Source: Trypethelium eluteriae (Eukaryota). Taken from it: DNA of 54,341 nt. The notes beneath the pieces are model-generated. The model worked only from the letters and a program-made list of their open reading frames with translations. It had not been told where the DNA came from and did no database searches. Shown here piece after piece: positions 47,278-54,341 of the stretch. The translations under genes and the position numbers were made by a program. Numbering within the stretch: position 1 is the first letter of the stretch; each line of letters begins with the position of its first letter. Location: contig JAVECL010000012.1 of NCBI GenBank assembly GCA_051942245.1, positions 62,001 to 116,341 of the forward strand, given 5' to 3'.

Positions 47278-48687
47278 TCATTGTATCATGCCCTCCCCTC
47301 CTATTCCCAATGATGCCCAATCAGTATGTTCTTCATACGCCTTTGACTCTTCTATAGCTTGGGCCACGGCCACAAGTTCATTCAACTCTCCTTCCGTTAC
47401 CACCCGTCTCGTCCGATCGAAGCGAAGACTCTCTGGAATCTCCGTCGGTTTTATATAATCAGAGGCTCTCAAGAAGGCATAGATGGTATCGCAATCCACG
47501 AGCCCCAACATCGCGCAGTTAATCAGCTTAGCGCCTCGTTCCGCGAATTTGTCGCCCGTCGCATCCAGCTTGTTATTTATTTCCAATCCCAGGGCGGCAA
47601 CCCAACCATTGATGATGGTGTGGATCCCGCAGGTCTCCCTCTCGGTCTGCCGAGGCGTCTTGAGCCAATTGAATCCTCCTGCAAGTTGGGGCAGAGGGTC
47701 TTCGAGTCGCCGCCTCCCCCATGGAAGTCGCTCCATCAATTCCATGATCTCAATTATGATTTCCCCACACCTCGGAGCGAGGACGTCCGGTGCACTATCA
47801 ACCCAACTTCTCTTGACCTCGCCGCCGTCCGTTATCTCAAAGATGATCAGGATATTGTGGTTGCTCCTGGGATCGAGTCCAGAGATTGGCGCATCTTGTG
47901 CCTCTTCTCTCGTGGAGTGACTACTCTTGACTATGGGCAAGAGGAATGTTCCTGTGCAGCGGGCAAATCCTCCATTTTCTGGGTCAAACTCTGCGCCAGT
48001 TTTTGCTGTGTTGATGGCTTCCGGAGTGGTGATCGAAAATGGGTTGGTGCGGTTGGGACCTTCGGCCTCGATGACGGAAGCTATTGCCAGCATCATAGAA
48101 TCTTCCCAGGTAAAGTCGTCCGCCTTTACTTCATGGTAGAACTTTTGGCCCGCTTCTGGTCGGCTTAGGAGCTGCTCCATACACTGATCGAATTTGGCGG
48201 CCCAGTCGTCCAGCATTAACTCGCTGGAGAATGTCCTCACATCCCCGATAATAGTTCCACCATTGACAATCTGCTTTTCCGTCCTTGGCGTTGCTTCCCT
48301 CTTTGGGAGCCCACTTACGAACTGCTGACCCCCGGCCATAGCATCATGGAGCTTGCTTTCAAGATCGTGGACCTGATTCTCGAGGTCCCGAATTCGTTCC
48401 TCAGAGATGCGAAGTCTCTCTTTCGTTACCTTCAGCTCTTCTTGCGCTCCTCGTCCTCGCCGCCGCGAGTCCTTCATGATGCTCGCTCCATGGCCAGACT
48501 GACTAAGGAGGACTTGTGCCTCTTTCTTTCTCCTTCTCTCATCTTTCCGAGCATTTTTCATAGATTTTTCGGGATCGTCCATCGGTTGGACGATCCATCT
48601 GCTCACAGAGCGCGCTCTGCGTCTCTTCACTTGGAAATTTTCGGAGGACCGATCCTGCGGCCCTGCTTTCCTTTTTGGCGGCTCCAT
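47278..48687 (-). CDS. Divergent Ulp1/C48-like cysteine protease domain protein with N-terminal coiled coil
   Basis: Motif order FLLPI…NHNILI…WVDS…PRQTERETCGIH matches the CE-clan His-Asp-Gln-Cys arrangement. 469-aa ORF. Confidence 0.7.
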   Translation of the reverse strand: MEPPKRKAGPQDRSSENFQVKRRRARSVSRWIVQPMDDPEKSMKNARKDERRRKKEAQVLLSQSGHGASIMKDSRRRGRGAQEELKVTKERLRISEERIRDLENQVHDLESKLHDAMAGGQQFVSGLPKREATPRTEKQIVNGGTIIGDVRTFSSELMLDDWAAKFDQCMEQLLSRPEAGQKFYHEVKADDFTWEDSMMLAIASVIEAEGPNRTNPFSITTPEAINTAKTGAEFDPENGGFARCTGTFLLPIVKSSHSTREEAQDAPISGLDPRSNHNILIIFEITDGGEVKRSWVDSAPDVLAPRCGEIIIEIMELMERLPWGRRRLEDPLPQLAGGFNWLKTPRQTERETCGIHTIINGWVAALGLEINNKLDATGDKFAERGAKLINCAMLGLVDCDTIYAFLRASDYIKPTEIPESLRFDRTRRVVTEGELNELVAVAQAIEESKAYEEHTDWASLGIGGEGMIQ

Positions 48688-49392
48688 AGTATGCGGAGAA
48701 AAGGGGGCGAAGTTCGAAAATGCTCTACAAAGTATCGGAGCAATCCTTGTTGTCGTAATTGGAGCTCGGAATGGTAAGATGTCTAACAGAAAATCTTAGG
48801 AGGATACGCTTTTTTATGCGGTACCATAATAAGCTCAATGACATTGTGAATGACTGGCAATTGTGTGGTCAAGGTTCTATTGTTATTCCCAATTTTTGGG
48901 CCGATGCAGTTGACAAACACTTATTGATATCACATGCCACAGATTATCAGCCGCAACGAGTAGACAAAGATGGTCCAGACAACAAGTGTGAGTGAGGACA
49001 AAGCAAAGCATAATGGGTAATAAAATTGGCCGACCGCCACATTATTACAGGATCCCACATTAGGCGAAATCTCGCAGAAGCTTTCACAAGGCGACAGGAG
49101 CCGAAGGACAGTGTTGCCGGGGTGGTGTCCCTATTATGCAAAGTGTTGTTGTTGATTGAGTGTCTGTGTGTGAGTAATTCTATTAACTTCTGAACGTAAT
49201 TTGTCCCTCGCCACTCGGACGTGGGAGTGACAATGATCATAGCTCACAGCCACAAATGGCATTCTTTCCTAGCGCGGAATGTCTTCCGTCTCTAATTTCC
49301 CCTTGGGCGTCTACAATATCGAACCATAGATGCATACATCGTTATCATAGAGAGATGGCCGGAACTCGCCCGAAACCAGCAATGATATTTGT

Positions 49393-50512
49393 TCACCGAA
49401 ACTTGCCGTAACCAACGTGCTCTTCGGGATGACAATTGATCATTTGGAACATGAGTTCACTGCCAACCTTGCAGTCTTCTCCAGAATGATATCGGTATTC
49501 TGCATCTATTTTTTCGTCGCCTGCATTGAAGATTGAGTACACACCACTTGCTGCATCAGTATGTGTACATGTGTCTGCAGGGTAAGGCAAATCTTGTTGC
49601 GTTATTCCGTTAGTCATATACGCCGTCGAGTCTGTCAGGGGAGCGGATGCTACGGACTGGAGCTGTGACTGCCACAGTGATGCGTTATATCTGGAGCGTT
49701 GTAACTGTTGAAAGTGCTCGAGCTGCGGTACAATCGCATTATATTCGAAGGATCCCATGGGTACCTGGTCGCTTTTTGGCAGTCCACTGCATCGTGCGGT
49801 CTGAGCACTTGGAGAGGCATTCCGGCTAGTCGATGTGGAACTCCTGGAGTGGAACGGCATTGACTGTGCAGTATCAGACACAAACGACGCTTGGGGAGCC
49901 ACGGTAAATTGAGAGTCTGGGTTGGAGTTGAGTGAGCATTTCCTCGAGGGTGAGCAACTGTCAGCTTCGTCACCAAGTTGACATGGTCTCCGATGACTGA
50001 GCAAATCCTCCAGGATGACAGGGGCTCCAGAAAATTGGGAAACTTCTTCTTTTGGCATGTTATTATCAGTACTCTGTGTGCCAATATAGCCGTCTATTTC
50101 CCACTGGGTAGCGCCCTTCTCTCTCAGAAGAGCTCGCAAGCGTTTGTTCTCGTCCAGGACCCTCCGGGCCACGGCTTGAACTTCAGCAGTCGCCTGTACG
50201 CCCAGTTGCTGACAAGTCCGAATTTTATTCTCGAGTTCCGCGAGGTATTCCTTACGCCGTGCGCGGGATCGCCTTTGATTATCCCGCACGCGAGCGAGAT
50301 TGGCATTACCCTGTCGATGTTCCAAATGAGTATGACTTTTTCTGATGACTACGCCATCAAAGAAAAATCCTCTTAAGGAGTCGCTGTGTGGGGAGACGTA
50401 CAAAGACAAAGCGAAAGGCAAAAAAATGCATGTAACAGGACAAACAAGACGAGCAATTTAATATAGCTTCCAAGGTAGACTTCGACAGTGTGTCATGGGT
50501 AAGGCCAGTCAT
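49393..50512 (-). CDS. bZIP transcription factor (start and exon 1 uncertain)
   Basis: NLARVRDNQRRSRARRKEYLAELENKIR…QAVARRVLDENKRLRALL. A possible intron GTACGT…GACAG links it to an ATG at 50512. Confidence 0.82.
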
Positions 50513-52141
50513 AACAGACTTACTGATGAACTATTTCCACTCATCTCAGCATGTGTCGAGCACCCCTAGCACGTGAAAGGTATAGAGCTGGTTGATCCTT
50601 TGACCGAGAGATATCGGCTCACGATGAGGAAAGCGAGGCGGAAGGGACGAGTTCACAGCCAGCTGTGACGTGCGGGAAAGTCCTCCTAAATCTGCCGCAG
50701 AGCGGCTTCAAATTTCTACCAAAGCCTTCTGATACTGACATCTACGACCAATGACAAAGGATCGCAATAGTGGATAATGATGTCGGATGCGTCGTGCATG
50801 CACCTCTGTCACAGCCTTTGTGGGTCGCAAGGCTGACCAAAGCCCAGAGCGAGATCCCTGCCGCATCGATAGAAATGAATAATCTTTTACGAGACTTTAA
50901 GTGCAAAATGTATAGCCAGGACCGCTGTTTCAAGTGCTGCTCTGCAGTACGACAAGCTCTGAGCTGCTGGTGCAAGCAGCTTCTACCAGGGCAGACGTGT
51001 GTCAAGACTTGGCGCGGGATGAATGCTCACTCATAGCGATAGGGCAATAGAATGAGTGGGCGACCGGGGCGACCTTCTCGAACCTTGTTCATCTACCTGC
51101 AAACCCTGTCTATCCTTCTGGTTTCGGGCGTCTACAGCAGATAGGCATCAACACACGTAAGAAAACACCGAGCTGGCAGGCGTCGGCATGGACGAACTGC
51201 TGAAGGATGCACCAATCATATAGCTTCGAATACCTGCAATTTCCGATGCTGCAGCATCAAGAGTAAGGAGTGAAAATGAACAAAGAGGAAGGGTCTGGGA
51301 AGTGGACGATTCCGAGGAGAAAGTGCTTTCATGTTCAAAGCTCTCTATGTGGCACCATTGATTTCATTCACAACGACAATCCTGCCGTGGACGGTGAGGT
51401 AAGCTGTCATCCCAGTCTGAACAGTCTTTACAGATCTTACATATGTATATGCGCGTGCATATGTTTTTCTCCGAGATCATCAGTTTGCAGCAGATAAAGG
51501 AAGCCCTGAAAGACGTCACGTTCATTCGTGGTAATACTGTCAAATTACGACGAATATTCTGCTGAGCCTCACGCTGTACTTCCGTACCATGGGTTACAGG
51601 CAACGAGAGTCCCTCAGATTGCCAGTCTAGCAGCGGCTCTGAGAGATCGCAGATTGGGTCTGTTTCCCGCTATAGTGCCATAGAGTTTGAAGGAAAAAGT
51701 TTTCACGAGATTAACCTCGCACTATGGCTACAAATTTCTGATCCTCCTCTATGATCAGGTTAGTGCATTTGGAAGGACTCCGTGATTCCTAACGCCCACG
51801 CTCTGCCTTTGCTTGCGATATGTAACTGACTGGTAGACTGGGACAGGACAACAGACAGAAAGGTCATCTGCAAGAGCAATTTCAGGGCTTCGCCAGAGAG
51901 AGGCTAGGGAGCAATGACCAATATCTGTAGCTAAAGGTCCCCAAAGGCGAGGGGAAGATCGAAGTTTGATAAAAGATATACATTGAATCAATTGATTTTC
52001 CAACGAAGATCTTGCCTCTGCCAAAGCTAGGATCCATTGGCTGTTGAGGTAGAAAGGATAAGAGCACATCAAGCTCCTGAGCCTGACGGAGCTGTGCACT
52101 GAGAAGCCGCTGAAGCCTGGGGTCTTGTTGAGTCTTTCCAC

Positions 52142-53213
52142 TCACGGCTCGGCGTAATGAGCATCAATCGCCTTTTTCATATCCGCCGCAATCAGCTTGT
52201 GAACATGGGTCGTTGGGTTCGTGAATGACATCCAGTAATAGTTATTTGCGTGCCCTTCATTCATGCAGTCATTCCACTGATCCAACGGGCTATCCTTATT
52301 CCCATCGCAGTATTCATTCATCGGTGCTGTAATGCCATTCGCCGCCGCAGTTTTCGGATCCATCAAGCCTGTCATGAAGCTAAAGACATCGTAATAGATG
52401 ATCTTTGCCTTTTGCTCCGTCGTCAAGTCAAGGCCATTGAGCGTATTCTCGATAGCGTTGTTGGCGTCCTGGATGATCTGGCCCCAATTGTCAATGCACT
52501 CCTGGTTCGGGCTCTCTGGTGGCGTGCAAAGGTATTGTGGAGTGACGGGGGCTTTGTGCTTGGGATAGATGTTGGCAACGAAGATGGCAGGAGCGCCGGC
52601 TTTGACAAGTTTCTCAACCTCGGCCCCGATCATGGTAGAGATGTTGCCGGCAAAATCGGCGTTCTTTTGGTCGCCGATCCAGAAGGCATCGGTATGTTCG
52701 CCTATGATCATAAGCATGCCACGAGCACGTGTTGGAGAACAGAGCCTTACTCAAATCGTTTTGGCCGACCCAGATGAACTGCATGGTTTTGCTGACATCT
52801 GATGAGCCATTGTTGATGTACCACTGCACTTGATCTTGGACGGAGAAGATATGCGGAGGCATTGACGTATATTTAGCATTGATAGTAGCACCGATGCCTG
52901 CTCCTCCATTATCTCCGCCAATTGCATAGTCCCAGCCCATTGGAGTTCCAAGCATCTGGGTCAGATAAGTGATCGCCACGGGCCCATTGGTCCACGTCTT
53001 GAACCCATAGACGTCCCTGGGGCTGCCAGTAATGTCGGCGAGATAGCTTCCGGACCCGTTGTCACTCAATTCGTCACCATAGGCGACAACCCAGTTCCAA
53101 CGGTACGGGGATCTCTTCTCAACGGCAGAACTCTTCGCAGGAGGGAGGATAGCTGCAGAAGCGCAGCTAGTAAAGGTAAGGGCCTTAACAATCAGCGTAG
53201 TGAATGTAGACAT
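52142..53213 (-). CDS. Secreted SGNH/GDSL-fold (CE16-like) protein with altered catalytic motifs
   Basis: Signal peptide plus KR, AYGDELSDNG, WTNGPV, DYAIGG, IWVGQND and YYWMSFTNPTTHVH. Intron 52750-52702. Confidence 0.85.
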
Positions 53214-54341
53214 TTTTATTGTGAAAAAATAATGACCAGTCCTCGAAGACGGAAGTAAAGAATGAAATGTGGTGCAAGACCACGGATCGATCTCAAAGGA
53301 GTGTAAAGGTCAGAGTTGACCATGAAGTGGACATATCGTCTCTCGAGGAGGAGGCAACCTACTTCATATGTAATATGCAGCGGAGATAATTTTGGGTCGG
53401 CCCGCTTACGAAGGCCGACTAGGCTGCATATAATTTTGAATCATCTTCAAAGCCGTTGCCGGGTGTCGAGATGATGAAAGGGGAGGCATTCTCTTGTAGG
53501 ATCACAAACTTGCTTTACTTGGAGATGAATAGGGACTGCTAGCATGGTCTCGGGCCCGACTAATGTTGCATCCTCAAAGCTAAGGAGACGGGCAACTTAT
53601 CAGACCAGGTCAAAGAGTAGAAGTAGTTTCGAAACGGCGCTCTAGGCTAGTGGAGGTTCCTGGCTGCTCATCTCCCGCGTCGATCCTAGCGCTGTGGGCT
53701 GAAACATGTGGCTGATCTGAGTGAAGATGACAAGTGCGGAAGGCAGTAGAAGCTTGCTATATAATAAAGCTCGCGCTAAGAAGCTGGTGAAGTCTAGGCA
53801 AAAGCACTGAGGTACAATGAGATTCAATATGCAGCACAGAAAAGGTGGTACGCGGTGTGGATAATGGTAGGAGTTAGGTAGAGTACCTGAACGAAGGGGA
53901 GAATAGGAGATGCCTAGCAGATACGGCGCCAGGATTTCGATCCTTTCGGACAACAATGGAAAAAATTCAGACCTCAGAGCTTATTTAGGCCCTCAGAAAT
54001 AGCTTCTATGATGGGAGTCGTCAAGACGGTTGCTACGCGTCTCTTACGCGATTGATAAGGTGATACTCACCGGGCGACATATACTATTCGTTGTATTAAC
54101 TTCATCATAAAAAGGCTATTTAAAGAGACTAAGAAATAATGACTGGCTCATTCGAAAGCGCTGACATATCCAGACGTGACAGGATTGATACGATCTGGAA
54201 AAGAACCCCTTGCGACCGGTCCAACTATCCAAGAACTATCAGTTGTACCAGTCTACCTCATTGTCAATAAACCCATTCGCCCGATATCCGTTACTCGCAC
54301 CTCCCATGCCATTCACACCAGCCAGTCCTGCGTTCATCATC

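Noticed and set aside
47359..48168. 269-aa antisense ORF within the Ulp1-like gene
   Set aside because: No motifs; most likely a shadow ORF.
53395..53422. GC hairpin followed by CTAG (Helitron 3' end?)
   Set aside because: The hairpin abuts CTAG without the usual spacer, the next base is not T, and no 5' end is seen.
53642..54341. Possible gene or gene fragment at the right edge
   Set aside because: Only short frames with stops and no recognisable motif.

Overview
Gene-dense nuclear DNA of a filamentous ascomycete (Pezizomycotina-type short GT-AG introns with CTRAC/CTAAC branch sites). About 26 protein-coding genes can be supported. Most are housekeeping: RKI1, an OTU deubiquitinase, D-amino acid oxidase, a hexokinase-family protein, GILT, NECAP, eIF2B-alpha, the iron regulator SreA, TVP15, mitochondrial S12, GCP4, CHO2, an omega-type GST, a radical SAM protein, a GH28 RgxB-like enzyme, a thioredoxin-like protein and a bZIP factor. 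These are mixed with accessory genes: a large Kex2-site-rich precursor with an HNH-like segment and an in-frame TGA, a PTH11-like receptor, an APH kinase, a Ulp1-like protease and an SGNH protein lacking its catalytic residues. Non-coding highlights are a 185-bp fold-back MITE-like element, five copies of a TACGGAGTA motif, a probable GC-AG intron and repeated C-rich to G-rich skew switches. I found no rRNA, tRNA or CRISPR, and no clear multi-gene novel system. The best novelty candidates are the precursor at 1-3405, the PTS2-bearing GST isoform, the SGNH pseudo-enzyme and the MITE. Family assignments rest on motifs recognised by eye; no searches were run.
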